Source: Acutalibacteraceae bacterium
Lineage (GTDB): Bacteria; Bacillota; Clostridia; Oscillospirales; Acutalibacteraceae
DNA length: 64,000 bases
Direction: 5' to 3'
NCBI GenBank assembly: GCA_045587505.1
Contig: JAZNCK010000093.1
Location: 232 to 64,231 of the forward strand
Both the position numbers and the translations under genes were made by a program. The notes under the pieces were generated by a model that was not told where the DNA came from, searched no databases, and saw only the letters and a list, made by a program, of their open reading frames with translations. How positions within the stretch are numbered: the first letter of the stretch is position 1; the number at the start of each line of letters is the position of its first letter. Positions 46,852-55,992 of the stretch are shown here, in pieces.

Positions 46852-48777
46852 GTGAGTAATTTGACAAAAAGCAAAAGAATTCTTGCATTAGTGCTGGCGA
46901 TTGTTATGTTCGTCGGTATGACCGTATCTTCATACGCTTATGTTGATAATTATCCGAATACTCACCGTAACACGGGGCAGAATATTGCTGACCTTATCGC
47001 AGTCGCAAGAACGCAGATGGGTTACAAAGAGCTCAGCACCTCAACAGGTTTACCGATTTCACCTAACGGAAGCGCAGGCTATACCAAATACGGAGCTTCT
47101 TTCGGTGCACCGACAGGTGAATGGTGTGCATACTTTGTTTCCTGGTGTGCTACACAGGCCGGAATTCCGACTTCGGTTGTTCCCCGTCTGGGCAATTGTG
47201 CCGCAACGGTCAAATGGTATAAGAAGCATTCTGTTTTCTACGACGCATCTTCGGGATATACTCCGAAAGCAGGCGATATAATTTTCTTCAACTGGGCAGG
47301 TGGCTCAACGGCAAAGCACATCGGTATTGTTACAGGTGTTTCGGGTAAAAACGTTTACACCATCGAGGGCAATACGGGCAGTGACAGAGGTTATATGTGC
47401 TGTGCAAGAACAAGAAGCCGTACTGCAGGGTACATAGTCGGGTACGGTGTACCTGCATACAATGATGCAAAAACTTATGTCGGCTCACACTCTTTTGCAA
47501 ATTCCGTTTCAGGCGGTGGCGGTTCTTCGTCTGATTCAATCAGATACACAACGTCAAAACTCGCAGTTGTTACCACGAGTGCGACAGACATCACATCGAG
47601 CAACGCTGTTCTTAACGGCACAATCTCGAATGCAGGCAGACTGTTTGTGTCAACGGCGGGTTTCTTCTTCGGCACGGAGAAGACAAAATTGCTCAAATAT
47701 CCTGTTGCGACTGCTACGAGCAGTCCCGAAATTGAACTTGTGATGGATATTAACGAAAGAGTCGGTATCCTTACTCCGAACTCGGCGTATTATTATCAGT
47801 CCTACGCAACGATTGACGGCAAGGACTACCTCGGTCCGATGTTTGCCGTTGTTACCGTCAACGACGTTCCGCTGAAGCTTGTGCTCAGCGAACAGTCCGT
47901 TCACGTCGGTGTAGGGCAGACGGCAGAAATTATGTCTGCTCAGCTTCCCGTCGGCTGTACGGATAAAGGAATAACCTGGACCTCATCGGATGAAACAATT
48001 GCTACGGTTAACAGTGACGGTGTTGTCAAAGGTGTCGGTTACGGTAAGGTAACGCTCAACGCAAAGACGAATTACGGCACTGCCGAAGCTTCATGTGAGG
48101 CTACGGTGCTCATTCCTGCTCCCGACAACATTCAGCTTGTCAACAAAAACAAGAAGAGTATCACCGTTACCTGGGATGCAGTGGAAGGTGCAACGGGTTA
48201 CGTTCTTTACCGTTCGGAATACTCGGATGCAGAACCGGTTGAATATGCTCATATCAGTGCAGATAGTACGGAGTTTACAGACAAGAACGTCACACCGGGC
48301 AAAAGATATTATTACAGTATGATGACTCTTGCTGAAGTGGTTGATTACAACAGTGATCCGTCTCCCGTTATGTATACGACGGCGAGGTTGAAGAGTCCCG
48401 AGGATGTAACAGCATCAAACTTCGGCGCACTTTTAAGCGTAAAGTGGACTGAGGTGGACGATGCAAAGTCCTACACGGTTTACCGTTCAAACAGTGAAGA
48501 CGGACTTTACACCATTGTCGGTAGAGTCACGACAGATACGTTTGTAGACCACGATGTTTTTGTGGGAAGAACTTATTTTTATAAAGTTGTTGCGAACAAC
48601 GGTGACGAGAACACGGCAAGCGACTATTCCGCAACGGCAAGTGTTATTGCACGGCTGAATGAGGATATAAGCCTCAGCGAAACGGGAATTCTGCCGAATC
48701 AGGATCCTGTTCCCAAAAAGTCACACGATGCTGTACTTTCCCGTACCCAGTTGGGTCAGAATACGTTTATGTTTTAA
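46852..48777 (+). CDS. Secreted CHAP-domain peptidoglycan hydrolase with Big_2 and two FN3-like domains
   Basis: Signal peptide. CHAP Cys context GEWCAYFVSWC and His context AKHIGIV...YTIEGNTG. One Ig-like segment and two WDAVEGATGY/WTEVDDAKSY FN3-type repeats. Confidence 0.8.
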   Translation: MSNLTKSKRILALVLAIVMFVGMTVSSYAYVDNYPNTHRNTGQNIADLIAVARTQMGYKELSTSTGLPISPNGSAGYTKYGASFGAPTGEWCAYFVSWCATQAGIPTSVVPRLGNCAATVKWYKKHSVFYDASSGYTPKAGDIIFFNWAGGSTAKHIGIVTGVSGKNVYTIEGNTGSDRGYMCCARTRSRTAGYIVGYGVPAYNDAKTYVGSHSFANSVSGGGGSSSDSIRYTTSKLAVVTTSATDITSSNAVLNGTISNAGRLFVSTAGFFFGTEKTKLLKYPVATATSSPEIELVMDINERVGILTPNSAYYYQSYATIDGKDYLGPMFAVVTVNDVPLKLVLSEQSVHVGVGQTAEIMSAQLPVGCTDKGITWTSSDETIATVNSDGVVKGVGYGKVTLNAKTNYGTAEASCEATVLIPAPDNIQLVNKNKKSITVTWDAVEGATGYVLYRSEYSDAEPVEYAHISADSTEFTDKNVTPGKRYYYSMMTLAEVVDYNSDPSPVMYTTARLKSPEDVTASNFGALLSVKWTEVDDAKSYTVYRSNSEDGLYTIVGRVTTDTFVDHDVFVGRTYFYKVVANNGDENTASDYSATASVIARLNEDISLSETGILPNQDPVPKKSHDAVLSRTQLGQNTFMF

Positions 48778-48810
48778 AGGACACAAGTGAAAAGGCTTGT
48801 GTCCTTTTTG
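48777..48810 (+). terminator. Intrinsic terminator after the CHAP gene
   Basis: AAGGACACAAG-TGAAAAGG-CTTGTGTCCTT followed by TTTT. Confidence 0.65.
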
Positions 48811-48817
48811 GTGAATT

Positions 48818-49357
48818 ATGAAAAAGTCAGACACAAAAGTTAAAGATATGATAATCGTATCGCTGTCGGCAGCACTTATCTGTATCTGTTCCTGGATTCA
48901 GGTGCCGTCAGCTGTCCCGTTCACCTTGCAGACTTTCGGAGTGTTTTTTGTTCCGGCAACATTCGGAGCAAAGAAAGGTGTTTGTGCAACCTTGCTTTAT
49001 ATCCTGCTCGGTCTGGTCGGTCTGCCGGTTTTTTCAGGTTTTCAGGGTGGAGTCGGTGTTCTTTTCGGAAGCACGGGGGGATATATTGCAGGCTTTGTTA
49101 TCTCAGCCTTCGTTGTCGGATTCGCAATTGAAAAATTCGGCAGAAAATTTTATGTAAATCTGATTTCAGGTACCGTTGCTGCTGTGTGTTACTACGCTGT
49201 GGGTACACTCTGGTTCGCTTATGGTTACGGTGACGGCAATATAACGGGAGCTTTTTCAGTATGTGTGTTACCGTTTATTGTGCCGGATGCAATCAAAATT
49301 ACCCTTGCGATGCTTGTTGCCGCAAAGGCAGAGAAGATTTTGAAAAAAATCTCCTGA
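48818..49357 (+). CDS. bioY: Biotin transporter S-component BioY
   Basis: PFTLQTFGVFF...GLVGLPVFSG...GGYIAGF pattern, about 180 aa with six TM segments. Confidence 0.85.
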   Translation: MKKSDTKVKDMIIVSLSAALICICSWIQVPSAVPFTLQTFGVFFVPATFGAKKGVCATLLYILLGLVGLPVFSGFQGGVGVLFGSTGGYIAGFVISAFVVGFAIEKFGRKFYVNLISGTVAAVCYYAVGTLWFAYGYGDGNITGAFSVCVLPFIVPDAIKITLAMLVAAKAEKILKKIS

Positions 49358-49411
49358 CAACGGCGTACTTGTATTATGTTTTGAAAATTCATTTTACCGT
49401 GAGGAAAAAAT

Positions 49412-49627
49412 ATGAAAAAACGAAGTTGTTTTTTTGAAATACTCGCATTTCTTTTATCAAATATTATGTGTGCGGTCGTTGCGTATAATTACCGTGAGCT
49501 GCTTTGTGCGATTGAACACGCAGGATTCAGTGCGCCCGCGTCAATTGCATTTTTGTACGCGGTTCCGTTTCTTATCGGGATAGGTTTCTGTCTTTTATTC
49601 GCTCATATTTTCAGGAAAAAGGATTGA
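49412..49627 (+). CDS. Small two-TM membrane protein, unknown function
   Basis: 71 aa ORF with AGGAAAAAA before the ATG and two hydrophobic helices. Confidence 0.3.
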   Translation: MKKRSCFFEILAFLLSNIMCAVVAYNYRELLCAIEHAGFSAPASIAFLYAVPFLIGIGFCLLFAHIFRKKD

Positions 49628-49646
49628 TTTTATAAGGAGGTTTCCT

Positions 49647-50396
49647 ATGGGACACATTTCACCTCAGAGGATACTTGAAAAACTTGACGAGTACCTCGGC
49701 AGAAATGATTATGACTCTGCCGAAAAGCATCTTTTATTCTGGCTTGAAGAATCAAAAACTGTAGGCGACAGGCGGACGGCACTCCTTTTGCTTAATGAGC
49801 TTGCAGGACTTTACCGTAAACTTGCAAAGCAGGAACAGGCACTCAGCACGGTTTCTGCACTGCTCGGTCTTGTCAGCGAAATGGGGATAGAGAATAATAT
49901 CGGTGCAGGTACAACCTACATCAACTGTGCAACTGTTTACAAGGCTTTCGGTAGGGCAGAAAAAGCGTTGCCGCTGTTTGAAAAGGCACGATATGTTTAT
50001 CAGAAAGAGCTGCCCGAGTCGGATAAAAGATTCGGTGGACTTTATAATAATATGGCACTTGCGCTCGTTGATCTTGAACGTTACGGTGAGGCTTATGAGC
50101 TTTACGAAAAAGCGATTTGTGTTATGGAAAAAGTACAGGACGGTGATCTCGAAGTCGCAATAACGCTTCTGAATATCGCAAGCGCAAAGGAAACGGAACT
50201 GGGTGCAGTTGAAAGTGACGAAATTGTGAGAGATTATCTTGAACAGGCAATAAAAATCCTTGACGACCACGCACAAAGGGACGGTTACTACGCGTTCGTG
50301 TGCGAAAAGTGTGCATCGGTATTCGGTTATTTCGGATATTTTCTGTATGAAAAAGAATTAGGCAGGAGAGCAAGTGAGATTTATGAAGGGTCTTGA
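49647..50396 (+). CDS. Tetratricopeptide-repeat protein
   Basis: Repeating 34-42 aa helical units, for example A..Y.N.A.VY...G....AL.LFEKA and YNNMALALVDLERYGEAYELYEKA. Confidence 0.65.
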   Translation: MGHISPQRILEKLDEYLGRNDYDSAEKHLLFWLEESKTVGDRRTALLLLNELAGLYRKLAKQEQALSTVSALLGLVSEMGIENNIGAGTTYINCATVYKAFGRAEKALPLFEKARYVYQKELPESDKRFGGLYNNMALALVDLERYGEAYELYEKAICVMEKVQDGDLEVAITLLNIASAKETELGAVESDEIVRDYLEQAIKILDDHAQRDGYYAFVCEKCASVFGYFGYFLYEKELGRRASEIYEGS

Positions 50397-51324
50397 ACTT
50401 TCTGAAAAGTTTTATTATGAATTCGGCGAAAAAATGATAAAAGAAAACTTTGCCGATGTTGAAAAGTATCTTGCTGTCGGTCTTGTCGGCAGTGGGTCGG
50501 AATGCTTCGGGTATGACGATGAGATTTCACGGGATCACGATTTTGAGCCGGGCTTCTGTATCTTTTTGCCGGGTGAAGATCTGGTTGATTCGCGTACGGA
50601 GTTTGCACTCGAGAGAGCGTATGCAAAGCTGCCGAAAGAGTTTATGGGATATAAAAGAAGTCCGCTGAATCCTGTTGGCGGTAACCGACACGGAGTCTTG
50701 CGGACAGAAAAGTTTTTTGAAATGAAAACAGGCAGCAAAACAGCGGACATTTCAACCGACGGGTGGTTTTGTATTGCAGAGCAGTTTCCGTCAGAGGCTG
50801 TAAACGGAAAAATTTTCTGCGACAACTTCGGTGAAGTAACACGTCTGCGTCAGAAGATTGCATATATGCCCGATGATGTGCGGCTCAAGAAAATGGCAGG
50901 CAATTTACTTCTTATGGCACAGTCGGGACAGTATAATTACAACCGTTGCATAAAAAGAAACGAAACTGCTGCCGCACAGCTTGCAGTCGGCGAGTTTGTG
51001 AATTCTACGCTTAAGGTTATTTTCTTGCTCAATAAAAGATACATTCCGTATTACAAGTGGACATTCCGTGCACTGAAAGATCTTGAAGTGCTCAGCGATT
51101 TGTACGCTGATCTTGAACACCTGATTTCAAGCGGTAATTCACAGAAAGAATCAGCCGAAAAGTCGGAGCTTATCGAAAAAATTGCAGTACGTGTAATTGA
51201 TGAACTTAAAAATCAGGGTCTTACAAGGGCGGACACGTATGAATTGGAACGACAGGCGTATGCCGTAAATGATGTAATAAAAGACGGTAACATACGCAAT
51301 CTGAATATTCTTTACGCAGTGTAA
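50374..51324 (+). CDS. Nucleotidyltransferase-fold protein with a helical C-terminal domain (DUF4037-like)
   Basis: GLVGSGSECFGYDDEISRDHDF fits the pol-beta NTase pattern GS...(D/E).D. The start (GTG at 50374 or ATG at 50383) overlaps the end of the TPR gene. Confidence 0.55.
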   Translation: MRFMKGLELSEKFYYEFGEKMIKENFADVEKYLAVGLVGSGSECFGYDDEISRDHDFEPGFCIFLPGEDLVDSRTEFALERAYAKLPKEFMGYKRSPLNPVGGNRHGVLRTEKFFEMKTGSKTADISTDGWFCIAEQFPSEAVNGKIFCDNFGEVTRLRQKIAYMPDDVRLKKMAGNLLLMAQSGQYNYNRCIKRNETAAAQLAVGEFVNSTLKVIFLLNKRYIPYYKWTFRALKDLEVLSDLYADLEHLISSGNSQKESAEKSELIEKIAVRVIDELKNQGLTRADTYELERQAYAVNDVIKDGNIRNLNILYAV

Positions 51325-51325
51325 G

Positions 51326-51360
51326 AAAAAAGATGGCAGGGTTTTTCTGCCATCTTTTTT
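51326..51360. terminator. Bidirectional terminator
   Basis: AAAAGATGGCAG-GGTTTTT-CTGCCATCTTTT. Confidence 0.65.
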
Positions 51361-52405
51361 ATACCAGTTTCCATTTTTGCTGTAAAATTCTGCAGGGTTC
51401 TTCTTCGCTGTTCCTTGCATAGAAAACGGTCAGCAACGTGCCGTCAGATAATTCTATTGTTGAGGGATAGCCAAGGTCGTCACTTGCTGTGTTTTCATAG
51501 AGTCGCAGGTCCTTTTCCCAGGTTTCACCGTTGTCACGGCTGACCATAACCATAATTCCGTACGGCTGTTTTCTGCGACCGTAGGCAGAAATCAGAATGC
51601 CTGAACTCAGCATTCTGAGATGGGGCGGTGCACCGCCGTCGATTTCAAGAAGCATTTCGGGTTTTGTCCACGTTTTGCCTTTATCGTACGAAACGCTCTG
51701 GTAAGTGGTGAACATGGTGTCATTTTCAGCTCTTATATGACAGAGAAGTTTACCGTCGGGAAGTTCAATTACGTTTGGCTCGTTGAGGAAAACTTCTTTG
51801 TCATCAACAGTGATTTTACCGACAAATTCTGTTTCGCCGTTGTTTGGATTGAGCTTTACAAATTCTATTCCGCCGTTGACATCGTCAAATCTGTTTCCTG
51901 CCCAGAGGATTGTACCGTCACGCAGCTCAACAGGACCGTGCGGAGATGTGACAGGTGAACGGTAAAGCTCTCCGAAGGTTGTACCGCAGTCGCGGCTGAC
52001 ACGGAAAGTCGGACCGAGGTATTTTTCCTCGTCTTCCTTTGTGATTGTGTTTATATAATTCTGCACGTATTCGTTGTCTTGGTTATATTCTCTCTGCATA
52101 TCTGCAGAGTTGTTGAATGAGGTCACAATAACTCCGTTTTCACCGAAGGTGCAGAGTCCTGCATCTCTGTCGTCAAGAGGGGTATCAATTACGGGAGCAG
52201 GCAGCGTGTATGTTTTTCCCTCGTCACTGCTGTAAGAAATCACAGCTTTGCCGAAAGGACAGACGTGTTCAATCCTGAAACCTGATGCACCAACGGCAAT
52301 TCTTCCGTCCTGAAGACGGGCGACAGTAGGCCACGCAAAATAATTGTGTTTACTGTGTGGGTTTGACAGAATTACTTCAGGTTTTCCGATAAGTTCGATT
52401 TTCAT
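51359..52405 (-). CDS. BNR/Asp-box repeat protein (sialidase-like beta-propeller), no signal peptide
   Basis: Four Asp-boxes: SSDEGKTY, SRDCGTTF, SYDKGKTW and SRDNGETW. Confidence 0.65.
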   Translation of the reverse strand: MKIELIGKPEVILSNPHSKHNYFAWPTVARLQDGRIAVGASGFRIEHVCPFGKAVISYSSDEGKTYTLPAPVIDTPLDDRDAGLCTFGENGVIVTSFNNSADMQREYNQDNEYVQNYINTITKEDEEKYLGPTFRVSRDCGTTFGELYRSPVTSPHGPVELRDGTILWAGNRFDDVNGGIEFVKLNPNNGETEFVGKITVDDKEVFLNEPNVIELPDGKLLCHIRAENDTMFTTYQSVSYDKGKTWTKPEMLLEIDGGAPPHLRMLSSGILISAYGRRKQPYGIMVMVSRDNGETWEKDLRLYENTASDDLGYPSTIELSDGTLLTVFYARNSEEEPCRILQQKWKLV

Positions 52406-52466
52406 TTGATCACCTCTTTTTTATTTTACAGTAAAGCGAAAAACTTTTCAAGTAAGCATATTTTAT

Positions 52467-52495
52467 TTGAACAGGCGTTTGTTGTGTGATATAAT
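52467..52495 (+). promoter_or_regulatory. SigA-type promoter upstream of the HD/GTPase/HAD operon
   Basis: TTGAAC, a 17-nt spacer, then TATAAT. Confidence 0.5.
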
Positions 52496-52528
52496 TACCG
52501 TTGAAGTATTTTCTTACGGAGAAAAATT

Positions 52529-53170
52529 ATGCAGACAATAAACTCTGAACTGATATCGTATATACAAACGCACGTTTTCCCGCAGTATGGTAAAAACGAC
52601 GACGGACATTCGCTCGGACACATCGAATATGTTATCGGCAGGAGTCTGAGATTTGCACAGCAGTTTGAAAATATTAACCTTGATATTGTCTACACCGTTG
52701 CCGCTTTTCACGATATTGCACACCATATCGACAAGAAAAACCACGAAAAATTGTCTGCAGAAGTCTTTTATTCCGACAAAGTAATGGAGAAGTTTTTCTC
52801 CCCTGAAGACAGATTGATAATAAAAGAAGCAATCGAGGACCACCGTGCATCACTGGGCAGACAGCCTCGCAGTAACTACGGCAAAATCGTTTCATCTGCC
52901 GACCGTTCAACGGATGTTGACGATTTTCTGCGTCGCACCCACGCATATACGCTCAGGCATTTTCCTGACTGTACGCACGACGAGGCTGCCGACCGTGCCT
53001 ATGACCATACGCTTGAAAAGTACGGCAAAGCAGGTTACGCAGGACACTATGTCAGGGATGAAGAATACGAAAAATTCAGAAAGAGTATAGATTTTATCCT
53101 CACGGATAAAAAGATTTTTACGGCAAAATACGAAGCAGTTAACGGAATAAGGAGCAAAAAGAATGTCTGA
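52529..53170 (+). CDS. HD-domain phosphohydrolase
   Basis: H...HD pattern (GHSLGH ... AAFHDIAHH) and a distal SSADR. Confidence 0.75.
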   Translation: MQTINSELISYIQTHVFPQYGKNDDGHSLGHIEYVIGRSLRFAQQFENINLDIVYTVAAFHDIAHHIDKKNHEKLSAEVFYSDKVMEKFFSPEDRLIIKEAIEDHRASLGRQPRSNYGKIVSSADRSTDVDDFLRRTHAYTLRHFPDCTHDEAADRAYDHTLEKYGKAGYAGHYVRDEEYEKFRKSIDFILTDKKIFTAKYEAVNGIRSKKNV

Positions 53171-55178
53171 TGTTTTCCACAACATAGGAATACTTGCACA
53201 CGTTGACTCGGGAAAGACAACTCTTACCGAGCAGCTGCTTTATCTGACGGGTGCAATCCGTAATTTAGGCAGTGTTGACGCAGGCACAACGGCAACAGAC
53301 AGCCTTTCTGTTGAAAAACAGAGGGGTATTTCCGTGCGTACTGCAATGGCTTCAACCGAATGGAACGGTGTTACCGTCAACATTATTGACACACCCGGTC
53401 ATATCGACTTTGCAGGTGAGGTCGAGCGTGCGATTTCTGCACTCGACTATGCGGTTGTTATAGTATCTGCCGTTGAAGGAGTCCGTGCCCATACTGAAAA
53501 CATCCTGAAACTTCTTGATGTTGCAAAACTTCCGAGGATTATTTTTGTCAACAAAATTGACAGAACGGGATCGGACACAGCACGTGTTATCAACGAGCTT
53601 AAAAGTGTTTCTTCTCAGGCGCATCTTGTTCTTTCACGCGTGGAAAACGAAGGCACGGAAAGTCCTGCGGTTATACCGTTGACCGAGGAAGAGTTCCGGT
53701 TTTCGGCAACGCAGACACTTGCCGATATCAGTGATGAGGCGGCGGATGTTTTTTTAAACGACGAAATGCTTACGTCACAAAGAGCAGAATCGCTTGTGCG
53801 TGAAGAAATTGCGTCCTGCAGACTGACACCTGTTATTTTCGGCAGTGCGAAGTATTCAATCGGTGTGAGTGACCTTGCGGATGCACTTGTGAAATATATG
53901 CCCGATTCAAAAAGAAGGGAAACAGATGGCTTGTGCGGAATAGTCTTTAAAATCGAGCACGACAAAAACCTCGGAAAAGTTTCACACATCCGGCTTTTCG
54001 GAGGCGAGATTGCAAACCGTGACGAGGTGGAGCTGTTTGCACCTGAAGAAAAAGCGACCGTGCAGACTGACGCGGTTGAGATAGAGGCAAAGCCGCCGAC
54101 AAAAGAAAAGGTTTCGCAGATTAAAAAATTCTGCGGTGCACGCAGTACGCATATGGGTATTGTCAGAAGCGGAGTCGTTGCAGCTGTCTGCGGTCTTCCG
54201 TCCGCAAAGACGGGGCATTTTATCGGGTCGCTCGCGGTCAGTGAATCTGCACGGCTTGTCAATCCGTTCTTACGTGTTCGTGTAACACCGTCGGATTCCG
54301 ACGAGCTTAAACTGCCTGCTCTTGCTGCTGCACTCGGTGAACTTTCGGACGAGGAGCCGTATATCGATGCCAAGTGGGAAAACGGACAAAAAGAAATTAC
54401 CATAAGTACCACGGGCAAAATTCAGCTTGAAGTGCTCGGCAATCTTTTAAAAGAACGATACGATCTTTCGGCAGATTTTTCTCCGCCGACAGTTATTTAT
54501 AAAGAAACTCCGTCAGGCACAGGCTTTGCGAGGGCGAGGTACACTATGCCGAAGCCCTGCTGGGCAGTTGTTGACTTTCTTTTTGAACCGATGCCGAGAG
54601 GCTACGGAGTTTCATACCACGGCAGACTGCCGTCAAACCAATGTTTTTACAGGTATCAGTCACACATACGCACGTCGTTCAATTCCTGCCTTGAGCAGGG
54701 GCTTTACGGCTGGGAAGTGACGGATTTCAAGTGCACGCTCGTCGGTGGCGAACACCATACGATACATACACATCCGTTGGACTTTTTTGTCTGTACACCG
54801 ATGGCGTTTATGAACGGACTTTCGGAAATCGGATCAACAATCCTTGAGCCGTTGCTTAAAATCAGAGTTACTGCTCCCGAAGAACTTTCGGGTAAGGTTT
54901 TTTCTCAGATTATCAAAATGGGCGGTGAGTACGATGCACCCGTAATCCGTTCGGGAATTGCAACACTTGAAGCCATTGTCCCCGTTGCAACGTCAATGAA
55001 CTTCCCCGAAAAACTTGCAACGCTGTCGTCAGGCAAGGCGGTGCTGTCACAGTCGTTCTACGGTTACCGTGAGTGCCGTGACGGTGCAGAACATATCAAC
55101 CCGAGAAGGGGCGTCAACCCTCTTGACCGTTCAAAATGGATTTTGTGGGCAAGGGGAGCATATCAGTCTGAGGGATAA
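53163..55178 (+). CDS. Translational GTPase of the Tet(M)/Tet(O)/EF-G family (ribosomal-protection-like paralog)
   Basis: G1 AHVDSGKTT, G2 region RGIS, G3 DTPGH and G4 NKID. The N-terminal roughly 130 aa align readily with Tet(M)/Tet(W) as I remember them. 671 aa. Confidence 0.85.
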   Translation: MSDVFHNIGILAHVDSGKTTLTEQLLYLTGAIRNLGSVDAGTTATDSLSVEKQRGISVRTAMASTEWNGVTVNIIDTPGHIDFAGEVERAISALDYAVVIVSAVEGVRAHTENILKLLDVAKLPRIIFVNKIDRTGSDTARVINELKSVSSQAHLVLSRVENEGTESPAVIPLTEEEFRFSATQTLADISDEAADVFLNDEMLTSQRAESLVREEIASCRLTPVIFGSAKYSIGVSDLADALVKYMPDSKRRETDGLCGIVFKIEHDKNLGKVSHIRLFGGEIANRDEVELFAPEEKATVQTDAVEIEAKPPTKEKVSQIKKFCGARSTHMGIVRSGVVAAVCGLPSAKTGHFIGSLAVSESARLVNPFLRVRVTPSDSDELKLPALAAALGELSDEEPYIDAKWENGQKEITISTTGKIQLEVLGNLLKERYDLSADFSPPTVIYKETPSGTGFARARYTMPKPCWAVVDFLFEPMPRGYGVSYHGRLPSNQCFYRYQSHIRTSFNSCLEQGLYGWEVTDFKCTLVGGEHHTIHTHPLDFFVCTPMAFMNGLSEIGSTILEPLLKIRVTAPEELSGKVFSQIIKMGGEYDAPVIRSGIATLEAIVPVATSMNFPEKLATLSSGKAVLSQSFYGYRECRDGAEHINPRRGVNPLDRSKWILWARGAYQSEG

Positions 55179-55194
55179 ATCAAAGGAGATTCTT

Positions 55195-55947
55195 ATGAAA
55201 ATTATCGGCAGTGATTATGACGGAACGCTGAACCACGGCGGAATAGACGATATAAAAAAATCAGCAATTGAAAAGTGGCGGAATGCAGGGAACCTGTTTT
55301 CGCTTGTCAGCGGAAGAGGTCCCGACGGTGTGCTTGAGCTTTATGAAGAACAGCAGTTCGGTTGTGACTATCTTATTGCAAATAACGGCGCGGTTATAAT
55401 GGAAACTGACGGAACGGTTGTTTTTGCTGCAAAGTGTGACGGAAGTCTGGCCGTGCCGCTTGTTGAACATCTTTTCAGTGTCGGTTGTACCTGGGCACAC
55501 GTGCAGACGGAATTTGACTGCCGTGTTTTTGCTGACGAAAAGGATTGTACCGAAGAGTGGCATTACACGCTCGGCAATATGCCCGAAGTCCCGTATTTTA
55601 CACAGATAAACACTCAGTTGCCTGACTTTGCAACATCTGCTAAGGTAACCGAAAGTGTACGTGAGACTTTTGGTAATGAACTCAATCCTTTGCAGAACGG
55701 TGAATGTCTTGATATCATACGTAAAGATATGAACAAGGCAAAGGGTCTGTATTGGCTTATGGATTATGTTGGTGCAAGTAAGGGCGATATTATCGCCGTC
55801 GGTGACAACATTAACGACAGGGATATGATTGCAGAGTTCAGGTCGTACTCTATGGAAAACGGTGTTGATGAAATCAAGGAGCTTGCAGATTTTGTAACAC
55901 CCGGAATAACTGAACTTATAGAAAAAGAACTTGCAGAAGCCGAATAA
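55195..55947 (+). CDS. HAD-superfamily hydrolase, Cof/IIB type
   Basis: Motif I SDYDGTL, motif II VSGR and motif IV GDNINDRDM. AAAGGAGA SD precedes the start. Confidence 0.8.
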   Translation: MKIIGSDYDGTLNHGGIDDIKKSAIEKWRNAGNLFSLVSGRGPDGVLELYEEQQFGCDYLIANNGAVIMETDGTVVFAAKCDGSLAVPLVEHLFSVGCTWAHVQTEFDCRVFADEKDCTEEWHYTLGNMPEVPYFTQINTQLPDFATSAKVTESVRETFGNELNPLQNGECLDIIRKDMNKAKGLYWLMDYVGASKGDIIAVGDNINDRDMIAEFRSYSMENGVDEIKELADFVTPGITELIEKELAEAE

Positions 55948-55953
55948 AAAACA

Positions 55954-55990
55954 AACGCTGTCTCCCGAGGGAAACAGCGTTTTTGCTTTT
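55954..55990. terminator. Bidirectional terminator
   Basis: AAACGCTGTCTCCC-GA-GGGAAACAGCGTTT followed by TTTTGCTTTT. Confidence 0.6.
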
Positions 55991-55992
55991 CA

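Noticed and set aside
46199-46888. 229-aa minus-strand ORF spanning the membrane-protein gene and the CHAP gene start
   Set aside because: The translation is Cys/Arg/Lys-rich with no hydrophobic or domain pattern. The plus-strand reading gives coherent TM helices followed by a signal-peptide-bearing CHAP protein.
53615-54418. 267-aa ORF antisense to the Tet(M)-like GTPase gene
   Set aside because: It is Ser-rich low complexity with no start context, and it is fully nested opposite a gene with clear G-domain motifs. Judged a shadow ORF.
55015-55194. 60-codon N-terminal extension of the HAD hydrolase ORF overlapping the GTPase gene
   Set aside because: The extension is Arg/Cys/Thr-rich and overlaps the 3' end of the GTPase in another frame. 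AAAGGAGA precedes the ATG at 55195, which gives the HAD motif I (DYDGT) at the expected distance from the N-terminus.
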